Source: an uncultured Flavipsychrobacter sp. (GTDB lineage Bacteria; Bacteroidota; Bacteroidia; Chitinophagales; Chitinophagaceae). Taken from it: DNA of 64,000 nucleotides. The stretch is taken from contig CAYSIG010000032.1 of the NCBI GenBank assembly GCA_964430995.1, positions 1,743 through 65,742 on the forward strand, given 5' to 3'. This document shows positions 28,517 through 38,947 of the stretch, piece by piece. The notes beneath the pieces are model-generated. The model had not been told where the DNA came from. It saw only the letters and a program-made list of their open reading frames with translations, and made no database searches. Each line of letters starts with the position of its first letter. Positions within the stretch are counted from its first letter, which is position 1. Made by a program: the position numbers and the translations under genes.

Positions 28517-31500
28517 ATGAAGCAGATATACCTACTGGTAGCCGCGCTCCTGTTTTCTATTTCTTCATTCGCTGTTGTAGACCCCATTGTTGGCCCGACC
28601 ACTATGTGTGCAGGCAGCACCATCACACTGACCGATGCAACCCCCGGCGGCACATGGAGCAGCAGCAGTACAGCGTTAGCAACAATTACTTCGACAGGCG
28701 CAGTAACGGGCATAAGTTCTGGTATTGTAAATATCACCTATGCAGTTGGCATAGACTACGTAGTACATACCGTTACTTTAAATGCGTTACCCAGCCCGTA
28801 TGTAGTAACCGGTGGCGGATCCTATTGCGCCGGAGGAACCGGAATAACTATCGGGCAAACGGGGTCAACCGCAGGTGCAGACTATCAGCTATACAGGGGT
28901 GTCACGCCCATTGGCACACCTATTGCAGGCACCGGCAGCGCCATTAGCTTTGGGTCATTTACAACGGCCGGGAATTATACCGTAGTTGCAACAAATGCAA
29001 CCAGCGGCTGCGCAAGACAAATGGTCGGTTCCCCGAGTATTTCTATTAATCCATTACCTACGGCATATACATTGAGTGCCGGTAGCGGATGCGCGGGAAA
29101 CAACCTTATACTTTCCGGATCGAATTTTGGCACAAATTACCAGCTCTACCTGGGTGCTGCAGCAGTTGGTGTTCTTGCCGGCACTGGCGCCTCACTTAAC
29201 TTTGGCCCGCAGACAGTACCCGGTGTATATAGTGCTGTGGCCATTAACGCAGTAACAGGCTGTACAAATACTATGGGCAGCGCCACACTTAACCCCACCC
29301 CGGTAATTACCGGCGGATCGGCAGTATGCGCAGGGGCTACCATTGCCTTATCAGGCACCGGCACTTGGAGCAGCAGTAATTCATCAATTGCTACCGTAAC
29401 TGCGGGAGGCGTAGTAACGGGTGTAGCCCTGGGTGTGGCTAATATAACTTTAACTTCGGGTACCGGATGCCATGCGGTAAAACCGGTAACTGTATCTCCT
29501 ATCCCTACTGCCATTGCCGGGCCTTCCAGTGTATGCACCGGATCTTCCATAACCCTGACCAACAGTGTACCCGGTGGTGTATGGACCAGCAGCAGTGCGG
29601 TTATTGTTACTGTTGGCGCTTTAACGGGTGTAGTCACCAGTGTATCTGCGGGCACAGCTACAATCACCTATTCCTTGGGTACTGGCTGTGTGGTAACGAA
29701 GGTGATTACAGCTAATCCTTTGCCTGCGGCACCCACATCTTCCATTGGTACTTTCTCCTTCTGTACCGGAGCCTCCATTACAGCAATGTGTGCGACATCA
29801 GGTGGCATCTGGAGCAGCAGTTCTACTGCAATCCTGGTTGGCTCCAGTTCCGGTACAGTTACAGGACTAGCTGCCGGTCATGCTACAATAACTTATACCA
29901 CAGGCACAGGATGCTACCGTACAGCACCTGTCACAGTAAACCCAACACCAGTGATTACAGGCCCTACATCGGTATGTGTTGGAGGCACAGCAACTTTGAC
30001 ATCGATAGCAGGTGTAACGTGGTCATGTTCTAACCCTACAGTAGCCACAATCAGCTCAACGGGAATAGTTGCAGGTCTATCGATAGGACTTTTTAATATT
30101 ATTTGCACTCATCCTAGCGGATGCTCGATGATGCAAACTTTTACAGTTACCCCGGCCACCTGCACAGGCACCCCAACCGGGGGAACTACCAACGCAAGCT
30201 CTTCGACGGCTTGTTATGGCAACCCTATATCACTTAGTCTTACCGGCACCACTGTGGGCTGTGCAATAGCTTATCAATGGCAAAGGTCTGCAGACGGCAC
30301 AACATTTACTGATATTGCGGGTGCTACATCTACAATCGCATCAGTAAATGCCGCAGCCACTGAATATTATCGCTGCAAGGTTACCTGCCCCACTACCGGC
30401 CTGTTTGACCATTCCACCCCTGCACATGTAACTGTAAACACCACCATTGCCTCCCATACTATAGCCTCCAGCCCCGATACCGTGTGCAACAATCTTGATT
30501 TTTATATCAGCGCATGTGGCCTGTCTACGTCATTTAATGTGACCACATGGTTTGGTGATGGCACTTCTGCTAATACGCCTTTGACATTGTCGGGTGTATA
30601 TGGCGCACATATTTATCACTCCTACAACGCGCCCGGTACTTACAACATTAAACAGGTGCTTTATATTGGTACAGTGGCTCAGGATACTGCTACTTTCTCG
30701 TACGAGTACAAATACTGCCGTACGTTGCCTATAAAATTCTATTTTGATGCCAACAGCAATTGTGTATATGATGCGGGAGACAAAAATATATTGTTAACAA
30801 CAAAAACGCGCGTTGACTCAAATGGCACTCCAGTGGATACCATAAGTGCCACCAGCGGCTTTTACTACAAAGCTACCGGACCGGCAGGCACTATATATAC
30901 TTTCAATGTCATATCCCTGCCGTCAGGGGCTGTGCTCACCTGCCCCGCAGGCGGCGTAATACGGGATACGATAACTTCAACAGTAAATAATTACCAGACA
31001 AAATACTTCGGGCTGAACTGCGGAGGAGGTTCCGCATACGACCTTGCACAGTTTGTAAGCACACAAACCGGAAGGCATATGCAGATAGGCACTATTACAG
31101 TAAATAATACATCCTGCCCATCAACCAATGTGGTGGTTACGCTGCACTTCAGTCCGAAATACAATTTCAAATCATCATCCCCCGCGCCCACATCTACAAC
31201 CGCAAGAACAGCAACCTGGCACCTGACCGCAGTATCTTCAACAACAAAATTCCCTGTGATCAACTATGACCTGCGTGTACCAAACGAATGGGTCGGTGCA
31301 TGGGGCAGCACCTGGCTATTGCCCGGAGATACGGCGCACAGCAGCTATATAACACTGGCACCCGGAACGGGCGGTGAAACAGACACCACCAATAATTTCT
31401 GTCAAAAGATAGACACCGTACGTTCATCATTCGACCCTAATGATATAGCTGTATCTCCGTCCGGCTATATATTGCCATGCACTAAGCTGCAATACACTAT

Positions 31501-34500
31501 ACGGTTTGAGAATGATGGCAATGATACGGCGCACAATATCCATGTAATGGATACCCTGTCCAACAACCTGGACGTAAACAGCCTGGAGATAGAAACAGCT
31601 ACCGCGGCAATGAACATCGCCATAATTAAAGACGGCCCCTACCAGATCGTAAAATTCGACTTCCCTAACATCATGTTGCCTGACAGCAGCCACCATAATG
31701 AGTGCCAGGGTATGGTCATCTATAACATAAGGACCAAGCCCGGCATAGCAGACGGCACCATAATACCTAACCAGGCAGGCATATATTTTGATGACAACCC
31801 GCCGGTAATGACCAACACTATACAAAATGTAGTGGGTATTGCCCCGATAGCAGGGCCAAACGAGCTTTGCCACGGAACGACCATCGGATTAGACAATGGC
31901 ACCACGGGCGGCACTTGGAGCAGCAGTAATACTGCAGTGGCTACCATCGGCTCAGCTACAGGTATTGTTGCTGGATCAACGTCAGGCACTACAACCATCT
32001 CTTATACTGCCAGCAATATATGCGGCAGCAGGAGCGCCACCAAAGTTATTACCGTTAACACCACCCCATCGGCCATTACAGGCACAACGGGTATATGCCT
32101 GGGCTCAACATCAACCCTTGGGAACAGCAGCCCCGGAGGCCAATGGAGCAGCAGCAACCCTGCCGTTGCCATCATAGGGTCCTCATCAGGCTCTATTTCG
32201 GGCATAACAACTGATACAGCCACAATTACCTACGAACTGAACGCAGGCTGCAGGACATCAACACTTGTAACCGTGCATCCTGCCCCGGCAGCCATATCAG
32301 GTACAGGCACATTGTGCATCGGCGGAGGAACTACAATAACGAATGTAACACCGGGTGGCATCTGGACCAGCGGGAGCACATCAATAGCGTCCATCGGTTC
32401 GCTTTCAGGTGTTGTATCGGCCTCAGCAGCGGGCATAGCCAGCTTCTCTTATACGCTGAACACAGGCTGCAGCGCAACAAAAACTATAACTGTTCATGCC
32501 AACCCGGCGGCCATATCAGGCACCGGAACACTTTGCAGCGGCACCACAACCACATTGACAAACGCCACAGCATCCGGCACATGGTCGAGCGGAAATACTG
32601 CGATTGCTACAATTGATGTTTCGGGTATTGTTACAGGAGGAACAACGGGCACAGCAAATATCACCTACACAACCACCGGGGGATGTACGGCGACAACCAT
32701 GGTGACCGTTCATCCAAACCCGGCCCCGATATCGGGAACAGCTAACCTTTGCAGCGGTACCACTACCACGCTAACAAACCCGACAACCGGCGGCCTGTGG
32801 TCTGCCAGCGGTGCGGCAGTCGGCTCAGTTTCCGGTGTAGTGTCGGGAACTACCGCTGGAACAGCTAACATTACTTATACATTGGCATCTGGCTGCAGTG
32901 CTACAAAAACCGTAACTATTCATGCTAACCCGGCAGCCATATCAGGCACCGGAACGCTATGCATCGGCACAACAACCACATTGACAAACACCACCCCATC
33001 CGGTACATGGTCGAGCGGAAATACTGCTATTGCCACAGTAGATGTTTCGGGTATTGTTACCGGAGGATCCACAGGCGCGGCAAATATCACCTACACAACC
33101 ACCGGGGGATGTACGGCGACAACCATGGTATCCGTTTATCCAAACCCGCTGCCGATATCGGGAGCCTCCACCATTTGCAGCGGTACGACAACCACCCTGA
33201 CGAACCTGATGCCCGGCGGCATATGGTCGGCCAGCGGTGCGGCCGTCGGGCCTGCTTCAGGCATTGTATCGGCCACTACTGCAGGAACAGCTATCATTAC
33301 TTATACGTTGGCATCGGGATGCAGCGCAACAAAAAACATAACTGTTCATGCCACCCCGGCAGCCATATCAGGCATTACGTCACTCTGTAGTGGCTATGCA
33401 ACCGCATTGACGGATGCAACTCCATCAGGCACATGGAGCAGCAGCAACCCCGCCGTGGCTTCTATCGTATCGTCAGGCACAGTTACCGGCGGGACAGCCG
33501 GCTATGCGAATATCACTTATACTACCGGCAATGGTTGCTTTGCCACCACGATGGTCACCGTCTATCCGGTACCTGCACCTATATCGGGTACAACCGCATT
33601 ATGCAGCGGCGCATCTGCTACTTATTCCAACGCAATGCCTACGGGCACATGGCACAGCGGAGCAAGTTCAGTAGCTTCCGTTGGTTCAGGTACCGGCATG
33701 GTTACGGGCATATCTGCCGGCACTGCTGAGATCACTTACCTGCTGAGCACCGGATGCTATGCTACAAAAACCATAACCATACAGCCGGTACCGGCACCTA
33801 TATCAGGCGCGGGCTACGTTTGTGTGGGGGCAACAACATCGTTAACGGATGCCACGGCATCCGGCACATGGTCGGGCAACCCGGCAACTGTAGCTACGAT
33901 TGATGCCGCAGGCATGGTAACTGGCGTATCGGCAGGCATAGCTGATATTACCTATGCATTAGGCACAGGATGCCGCACTACCAGGGCGATAACTATTCAT
34001 CCCTTGCCGGCACCTATAACAGGTACAGGTATACTTTGTAACGGCGCCACCGCCACATTGACCACTGCTACTCCTTCGGGCGTATGGTCGAGCAGTGGCA
34101 CATCAGTGGCCACAATAGGCGTAGCTTCAGGCATTGTTTCAGGCATATCGGCAGGCATTACCATAATAACTTATTCACTAAGCACAGGTTGCATGACCAC
34201 AGCGGCATTAACAGTGAACCCGCTACCCGCTATATACAGCCTAACAGGTGGCGGCTCTTATTGTTCCGGAACAGGGGGGGTACATGTTGGCCTGAGCGGC
34301 TCATCAGCGGGCATCAACTATTTTCTGCACCGCGGGGCTACTGCCACCGGGCCATTCCCCGGCAGCGGATCAACTCTCGATCTCGGATTGCAAACATTGG
34401 CGGGAACATATACTGTATCTGCAACAGATCCGGCTACTACCTGCCACACCGATATGCCGGGCAGTGTGCCTGTAACCATTGTGCCATCGGTAACCCCGGC

Positions 34501-35302
34501 AATAAGCATGACAGCATCGCCGGGAACGACTATATGCGCCGGCACACCTGTAGTCTTTATGCCAACGGCAATAAACGGGGGGGCCACTCCTATTTACCAT
34601 TGGACGGTGAATGGTGTCAGCGTTTCTACGGGTACCAGCTACAGCTTCCTGCCTGCAAACGGAGACGTGGTAAGGGTAAGGCTCACCAGTACTGCAACAT
34701 GCGCATCCCCTGATACGGTAAACACATCGATGCCGATGCATGTGATCAACAGCGGAACACTTGCAGTAACGATAACAGCCTCTCCCGGCGTAAACATCAC
34801 CGCAGGGGAAACAGTCATATTCACCGCCTCGGCCACGGGAGGAAGTACGTCACTCTCGTACCAGTGGTCTATTAATGGCATGGCGGTACCGGGGGCTACA
34901 TCATCCGTTATTGTGAGCAATTTGCTATTCGACGGTGACGTAGTAAAATGCGAAGTAACCGATAACGGCCCATGCATTACCGGCAGCGACAAATCAGTAA
35001 CGATCACTTTGAATACAACAGGACTCAATACAATTACCACCAAGAATCGTATAACCGTCTTCCCTAACCCGAATAAAGGATTGTTCAACATTAAAGGTTC
35101 ATTGGGCAGTACAATAAACGGCCTGGTACCAGTATCAGTTACAGACATGCTGGGCAGAAGGCAATACGATGGTGTGGTAAGTGCCGTGAACGGGAACATT
35201 GACACCTACATACAGGCCGACCACCTTGCCGCAGGGGTATATCTGCTGACCATACATTCAGGCGAGGGCGACGTTGTAGCGCATTTTGTGGTTGCTAAAT
35301 AG
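28517..35302 (+). CDS. Giant T9SS-secreted Ig-like (Big_2-type) repeat surface protein
   Basis: Signal peptide; more than 15 units of about 70 aa (C-x-G-x-T-x-T-L-T...G-x-W-S-S-x-N-x-A-I-A-T...G-x-V-T-G...ITYT); internal FDPND/YTIRFENDG domain; C-terminal VFPNPNKGLF...AAGVYLL T9SS type A sorting domain. Confidence 0.93.
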   Translation: MKQIYLLVAALLFSISSFAVVDPIVGPTTMCAGSTITLTDATPGGTWSSSSTALATITSTGAVTGISSGIVNITYAVGIDYVVHTVTLNALPSPYVVTGGGSYCAGGTGITIGQTGSTAGADYQLYRGVTPIGTPIAGTGSAISFGSFTTAGNYTVVATNATSGCARQMVGSPSISINPLPTAYTLSAGSGCAGNNLILSGSNFGTNYQLYLGAAAVGVLAGTGASLNFGPQTVPGVYSAVAINAVTGCTNTMGSATLNPTPVITGGSAVCAGATIALSGTGTWSSSNSSIATVTAGGVVTGVALGVANITLTSGTGCHAVKPVTVSPIPTAIAGPSSVCTGSSITLTNSVPGGVWTSSSAVIVTVGALTGVVTSVSAGTATITYSLGTGCVVTKVITANPLPAAPTSSIGTFSFCTGASITAMCATSGGIWSSSSTAILVGSSSGTVTGLAAGHATITYTTGTGCYRTAPVTVNPTPVITGPTSVCVGGTATLTSIAGVTWSCSNPTVATISSTGIVAGLSIGLFNIICTHPSGCSMMQTFTVTPATCTGTPTGGTTNASSSTACYGNPISLSLTGTTVGCAIAYQWQRSADGTTFTDIAGATSTIASVNAAATEYYRCKVTCPTTGLFDHSTPAHVTVNTTIASHTIASSPDTVCNNLDFYISACGLSTSFNVTTWFGDGTSANTPLTLSGVYGAHIYHSYNAPGTYNIKQVLYIGTVAQDTATFSYEYKYCRTLPIKFYFDANSNCVYDAGDKNILLTTKTRVDSNGTPVDTISATSGFYYKATGPAGTIYTFNVISLPSGAVLTCPAGGVIRDTITSTVNNYQTKYFGLNCGGGSAYDLAQFVSTQTGRHMQIGTITVNNTSCPSTNVVVTLHFSPKYNFKSSSPAPTSTTARTATWHLTAVSSTTKFPVINYDLRVPNEWVGAWGSTWLLPGDTAHSSYITLAPGTGGETDTTNNFCQKIDTVRSSFDPNDIAVSPSGYILPCTKLQYTIRFENDGNDTAHNIHVMDTLSNNLDVNSLEIETATAAMNIAIIKDGPYQIVKFDFPNIMLPDSSHHNECQGMVIYNIRTKPGIADGTIIPNQAGIYFDDNPPVMTNTIQNVVGIAPIAGPNELCHGTTIGLDNGTTGGTWSSSNTAVATIGSATGIVAGSTSGTTTISYTASNICGSRSATKVITVNTTPSAITGTTGICLGSTSTLGNSSPGGQWSSSNPAVAIIGSSSGSISGITTDTATITYELNAGCRTSTLVTVHPAPAAISGTGTLCIGGGTTITNVTPGGIWTSGSTSIASIGSLSGVVSASAAGIASFSYTLNTGCSATKTITVHANPAAISGTGTLCSGTTTTLTNATASGTWSSGNTAIATIDVSGIVTGGTTGTANITYTTTGGCTATTMVTVHPNPAPISGTANLCSGTTTTLTNPTTGGLWSASGAAVGSVSGVVSGTTAGTANITYTLASGCSATKTVTIHANPAAISGTGTLCIGTTTTLTNTTPSGTWSSGNTAIATVDVSGIVTGGSTGAANITYTTTGGCTATTMVSVYPNPLPISGASTICSGTTTTLTNLMPGGIWSASGAAVGPASGIVSATTAGTAIITYTLASGCSATKNITVHATPAAISGITSLCSGYATALTDATPSGTWSSSNPAVASIVSSGTVTGGTAGYANITYTTGNGCFATTMVTVYPVPAPISGTTALCSGASATYSNAMPTGTWHSGASSVASVGSGTGMVTGISAGTAEITYLLSTGCYATKTITIQPVPAPISGAGYVCVGATTSLTDATASGTWSGNPATVATIDAAGMVTGVSAGIADITYALGTGCRTTRAITIHPLPAPITGTGILCNGATATLTTATPSGVWSSSGTSVATIGVASGIVSGISAGITIITYSLSTGCMTTAALTVNPLPAIYSLTGGGSYCSGTGGVHVGLSGSSAGINYFLHRGATATGPFPGSGSTLDLGLQTLAGTYTVSATDPATTCHTDMPGSVPVTIVPSVTPAISMTASPGTTICAGTPVVFMPTAINGGATPIYHWTVNGVSVSTGTSYSFLPANGDVVRVRLTSTATCASPDTVNTSMPMHVINSGTLAVTITASPGVNITAGETVIFTASATGGSTSLSYQWSINGMAVPGATSSVIVSNLLFDGDVVKCEVTDNGPCITGSDKSVTITLNTTGLNTITTKNRITVFPNPNKGLFNIKGSLGSTINGLVPVSVTDMLGRRQYDGVVSAVNGNIDTYIQADHLAAGVYLLTIHSGEGDVVAHFVVAK
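32468..33745 (+). repeat. Intragenic tandem repeat with 426-bp period
   Basis: The unit start TGCAG(C/T)GC(A/T)ACAAAAA recurs at 32468, 32894 and 33320. The first two units share long identical stretches, e.g. GGCACATGGTCGAGCGGAAATACTGC versus GGTACATGGTCGAGCGGAAATACTGC, and AAATATCACCTACACAACCACCGGGGGATGTACGGCGACAACCATGGT in both. Confidence 0.85.
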
Positions 35303-35305
35303 GGC

Positions 35306-35342
35306 GTAGCGGGGCAATTTTATGCTAAAGTTGCCCCGCTAC
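35306..35342. terminator. Hairpin after the T9SS gene
   Basis: GTAGCGGGGCAATTTT...AAAGTTGCCCCGCTAC inverted repeat. Confidence 0.65.
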
Positions 35343-35356
35343 CCTATCTTTACCAC

Positions 35357-36919
35357 ATGTCTGCGGAAAAGGCGTTTTCAAATTCTCATTGGCCGGGAGT
35401 AATACTATTAGTGCTCACCATCCTGCTTACAATGGGCACCTATCAAGACTACGGCATATCCTGGGATGAGAAAATCCAAAAACGGATTGGCGAAGTAAGC
35501 TATAATTATATATCCAGCAATGATAATACAATAAAAACATTTGAAGATAATAGATATGGCGTAGGTTTTGAGCTGACGCTTACTACCATTGAAAAGAAAT
35601 TCGATATAACCGATGACCGCGACATATACCTGATGCGGCACTTTGCCACGCATATTTTCTTCCTGCTGTGTGCTTTTTGCGGCTATGTGCTTATCCAACG
35701 CCTTTTCAAAAGCCAATGGCTATCCTGCATTGGTTTCCTGGCTATCGTTTTTCATCCGCGCATCTATGCCCATTCATTTGTAAACACTAAGGACATCCCA
35801 TTCCTGGGCATATTCCTGGTTGCCCTGCTGATAGCGCAGATTGCTTTTGAGAAAGATAAACGAGGCTGGTATCTTCTGCTTGGCATATGCAGCGGCTACG
35901 CCATTAGTATCCGTATACTGGGCATATTACTTGTGCTGATTTTCGGGATGTTATTCCTGCTCGACCTTTTCAGTGCATTTCGCCTGAAGAATAAGCCGGG
36001 AAATGTTTTGCTGAACCTGTTGCTGTTCCTGATCGGCGCATGCGGCACGACCTACCTGGCCTGGCCCGCATTGTGGGAGGCACCTGTGCAGAATTTTATC
36101 AGTTTCTACCACAGCGCATCGCATTTTCCGTGGGATGGCGACCTGCTGTTTAACGGCAAAGTGCTGCACGGTAAGTCGCTGCCATGGTACTACCTGCCGG
36201 GGTGGTTCGTCATTACTACACCGGTGCTGTGGCTATGTACAGGGCTATGTGGCATGGTAATGGTCATCATTGCAATAATACGTAAGCCGGTAAGTTACCT
36301 TGCAAATACACCAGACCGCAACTACATCATCTATCTACTTTGTTGCATCATCCCTGTCTCTGCTGTAATCATGCTGCACTCTGTTGTTTATGACGACTGG
36401 CGGCATGTTTATTTCATCTACCCTTCTTTCGTCATCCTTGGGTTATATGCCATCAATAAAATGGTTGTATGGAAAGGTCGCGCAATCGCGATAACATTAT
36501 GCGCCTTACAGCTTACCGCCACAGGCTATTTCATGGTTGCCAGCCATCCATTTCAACAAGTGTATTTCAATTCACTGGTTTCGCATAAGGACGAGTACCT
36601 GAGAAAAAACTATGACCTGGAATATTGGGGCTGCGCCTACAAGCAGGGACTTGAATACATTATGGAACATGACCATTCAGACACTATACGCCTGCTGCAC
36701 GACAATGTGCCTGCAAAAAATAATATTATGATGATACCAAAGCCATCAAGAGATAGAGTCAAACTGGCTTATGACACTAACAAACCCACCTACTTTATCA
36801 CCAGCTTTCGCGGGCACCCGGAGAATTATCCTTATCCTACTGTTGTCTACGAAATCAGGGTACTGAACAGCACTATTATGCGGGTATACAAACTTGATGA
36901 AGGCGAAAAACTGCCCTGA
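35357..36919 (+). CDS. ArnT/PMT-like GT-C membrane glycosyltransferase
   Basis: DYGISWDE motif after TM1, HPRIYAHSFVNTKD, about 11-12 TM segments, LPWYYLP, YDDWRH. Confidence 0.82.
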   Translation: MSAEKAFSNSHWPGVILLVLTILLTMGTYQDYGISWDEKIQKRIGEVSYNYISSNDNTIKTFEDNRYGVGFELTLTTIEKKFDITDDRDIYLMRHFATHIFFLLCAFCGYVLIQRLFKSQWLSCIGFLAIVFHPRIYAHSFVNTKDIPFLGIFLVALLIAQIAFEKDKRGWYLLLGICSGYAISIRILGILLVLIFGMLFLLDLFSAFRLKNKPGNVLLNLLLFLIGACGTTYLAWPALWEAPVQNFISFYHSASHFPWDGDLLFNGKVLHGKSLPWYYLPGWFVITTPVLWLCTGLCGMVMVIIAIIRKPVSYLANTPDRNYIIYLLCCIIPVSAVIMLHSVVYDDWRHVYFIYPSFVILGLYAINKMVVWKGRAIAITLCALQLTATGYFMVASHPFQQVYFNSLVSHKDEYLRKNYDLEYWGCAYKQGLEYIMEHDHSDTIRLLHDNVPAKNNIMMIPKPSRDRVKLAYDTNKPTYFITSFRGHPENYPYPTVVYEIRVLNSTIMRVYKLDEGEKLP

Positions 36920-37040
36920 CCCACCGATTGCGCAATCCTGTCATCCAATTTTTGACAAATTGTATCACTGAAAAAGCAAGAATCAGCCATTTTGGCAATT
37001 AAATTACTCAAAAACGGCCATTTTGTCTTATTTATTGCAT

Positions 37041-37056
37041 TGGTACCTGGTTTGTA
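37041..37056 (+). promoter_or_regulatory. Possible sigma-54-type -24/-12 promoter of hsp20
   Basis: TGGTAC-CTGGT-TTGTA has the spacing of TGGCAC-N5-TTGCW, with 2 mismatches. Confidence 0.35.
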
Positions 37057-37094
37057 CATGAGTATGAAAACAAACTTTTTAAAACTTAATCATT

Positions 37095-37529
37095 ATGTAC
37101 ACTAAAAGAAGCTATGCAGTAATGCCCCGCACAATAGGCGGATTTTTGGAAGATGTATTCCAAAACGGATGGAACCAACTGAGTGAAGAAACAGGCGCAT
37201 ATACCGCACCTGTAAACATCCAGGAAACAGACAAAAGCTATGAGCTGCACATGGTAGCAGCAGGATTCAAGAAGGAAGACTTCAAGTTGAGCCTTGAAAA
37301 GAACGTGCTGCAGATATCCGTGGAACAAAACGAAGAAAACAAGGAAGGCCAGGAAGGCAAATGGCTGCGCAGCGAATACCGCAAAAGGTCGTTCAAAAGG
37401 AGTTTTACTCTGAATGAAAAAGTGGACACTGCAAAAATATCAGCCAAATATGCAGACGGGATACTTACAGTAACCCTTCCTAAAAAAGAAGTGAGTGAGC
37501 CTGCAGCACAAGAGATAGCAGTGAACTAA
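37095..37529 (+). CDS. Hsp20/alpha-crystallin small heat-shock protein
   Basis: PVNIQETDKSY...GFKKEDF...FKRSFTL...AKYADGILTVTLPK. Confidence 0.95.
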   Translation: MYTKRSYAVMPRTIGGFLEDVFQNGWNQLSEETGAYTAPVNIQETDKSYELHMVAAGFKKEDFKLSLEKNVLQISVEQNEENKEGQEGKWLRSEYRKRSFKRSFTLNEKVDTAKISAKYADGILTVTLPKKEVSEPAAQEIAVN

Positions 37530-37568
37530 GATTTGTGAGAGAAGTGCGTGGGATGTGTGATGTGAAAA

Positions 37569-37600
37569 AGTAATGGCGGTGTCAGCGACACCGCCTTACT
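37569..37600. terminator. Hairpin between hsp20 and the convergent rnpB
   Basis: AGTAATGGCGGTGTC-AGC-GACACCGCCTTACT. Confidence 0.75.
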
Positions 37601-37618
37601 ATTTCCTCAACAAAAAAA

Positions 37619-37977
37619 CTACAAAACCTGTAAGCCGGATCCTGTTCCCATGAAGGGTGGTTATCATTTATCTGGGATGCGGCTCACGCCACACCTCTAG
37701 CTGCCAACCCACGGATTCTGGCAAGCGACCATCAATCACCCGCTTATTTGGCATTTCAGCACGCAAGGTTTACCCCTGCTCATTGTCGCCAATGAGCACC
37801 GTAGTCTCTTACACTACTTTTTCACCCTTACCCCGGCGAACCGGGGCGGTTATTTTCTGTGGCACTCTCTGTTCCTCCCTATACTATCAGGAGAACCTAC
37901 CCGTTAGGTAGTGCGCTGCTCTTTGCTGTCCGGACTTTCCTCCCCGATAAAATCGAAGCGATAACCCGGTTTTGTAG
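37619..37977 (-). ncRNA. rnpB: RNase P RNA (type A)
   Basis: The minus strand has GAGGAAAGTCCGGACAGC near its 5' end and ACAGGATCCGGCTTACAGG near its 3' end; P1 helix CTACAAAACC/GGTTTTGTAG; 359 nt. Confidence 0.97.
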
Positions 37978-38059
37978 CGGATAAAATTACGAAGAATACA
38001 CATAACAACGTTACAAACTGCAGTTTATGCTTTCATTCAAAATCATTTAACTTTATCCA

Positions 38060-38938
38060 ATGAAAAAAATCACCGCCTTTTTAGCCGGTCTGCTCACCAT
38101 TGTTTCCAGCAACCCTGTTTCCGCGCAGCAAAAAACAGATAATAAAGATAAATCATTGCTCTGGCGTATAAATGGCAAAAACCTGTCCCGTCCATCCTAC
38201 CTCTTCGGCACCATACACCTGATATGCGCCAACGATTTCTTATGGACCCGTAAAATGCAGGAGAGCTTTAATAAAAGTGAAAAAGTATGTTTTGAAATGG
38301 ACCTTGACGATGCGGGCGCTATGATGAGGGCATCAATGGGATTGATGGAAAATGGCGGCAAAAAACTGAAAGAATATTTTAATGACGACCAATACCGGAT
38401 TTTAGAAAAATACGTGCATGACAGTTTAGGTATGGACATTGGCATGTTTGAACAGATGAAGCCCGTAGCCCTACTGAGTATGATAGGCACGTCGGGGGTG
38501 AGTTGCGAAAATGCGGTGTCTTACGAGGACAGCATCATGCAGATCGCGCAGGCAGGCAATAAAGAGATATGGGGCCTGGAAGACCCGAAAGAGCAACTGG
38601 ATGCGCTGGCGACCTTACCTATAGACACGGTAATAAAACAGATCATTGATGCTATTCAGAATAATGTAAGCGACGAGAAGGAATTCGGAGAGTTAATATC
38701 CGCCTATAAAACACAAGATCTGCCCGCTTTATACAACCTGCTCAACAGCTCAAAAGAACTTAAAGATGACCTGGCTGTTTTTCTTGATGACCGGAACAAA
38801 AAATGGATCCCCCGCATGGCAGACAAGATGAACACAAACTCTGTTTTCTTTGCCGTAGGTGCCGGACACCTGTATGGGCCAAACGGGGTAATAGCATTAC
38901 TGAGGAAAGATGGCTACACGGTAGAGCCGGAGAAATGA
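38060..38938 (+). CDS. TraB/GumN family protein
   Basis: SLLWRI, SYLFGTIH, GLEDPKEQL, DDRNKKW, FAVGAGHLYGPNGVIALLRKDGYTVEP. Confidence 0.92.
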   Translation: MKKITAFLAGLLTIVSSNPVSAQQKTDNKDKSLLWRINGKNLSRPSYLFGTIHLICANDFLWTRKMQESFNKSEKVCFEMDLDDAGAMMRASMGLMENGGKKLKEYFNDDQYRILEKYVHDSLGMDIGMFEQMKPVALLSMIGTSGVSCENAVSYEDSIMQIAQAGNKEIWGLEDPKEQLDALATLPIDTVIKQIIDAIQNNVSDEKEFGELISAYKTQDLPALYNLLNSSKELKDDLAVFLDDRNKKWIPRMADKMNTNSVFFAVGAGHLYGPNGVIALLRKDGYTVEPEK

Positions 38939-38947
38939 TACCGGAGA

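Noticed and set aside
38060-38938. TraB as evidence of conjugation
   Set aside because: The TraB/GumN family is a metalloprotease-like fold unrelated to type IV transfer systems, and there are no other tra genes.
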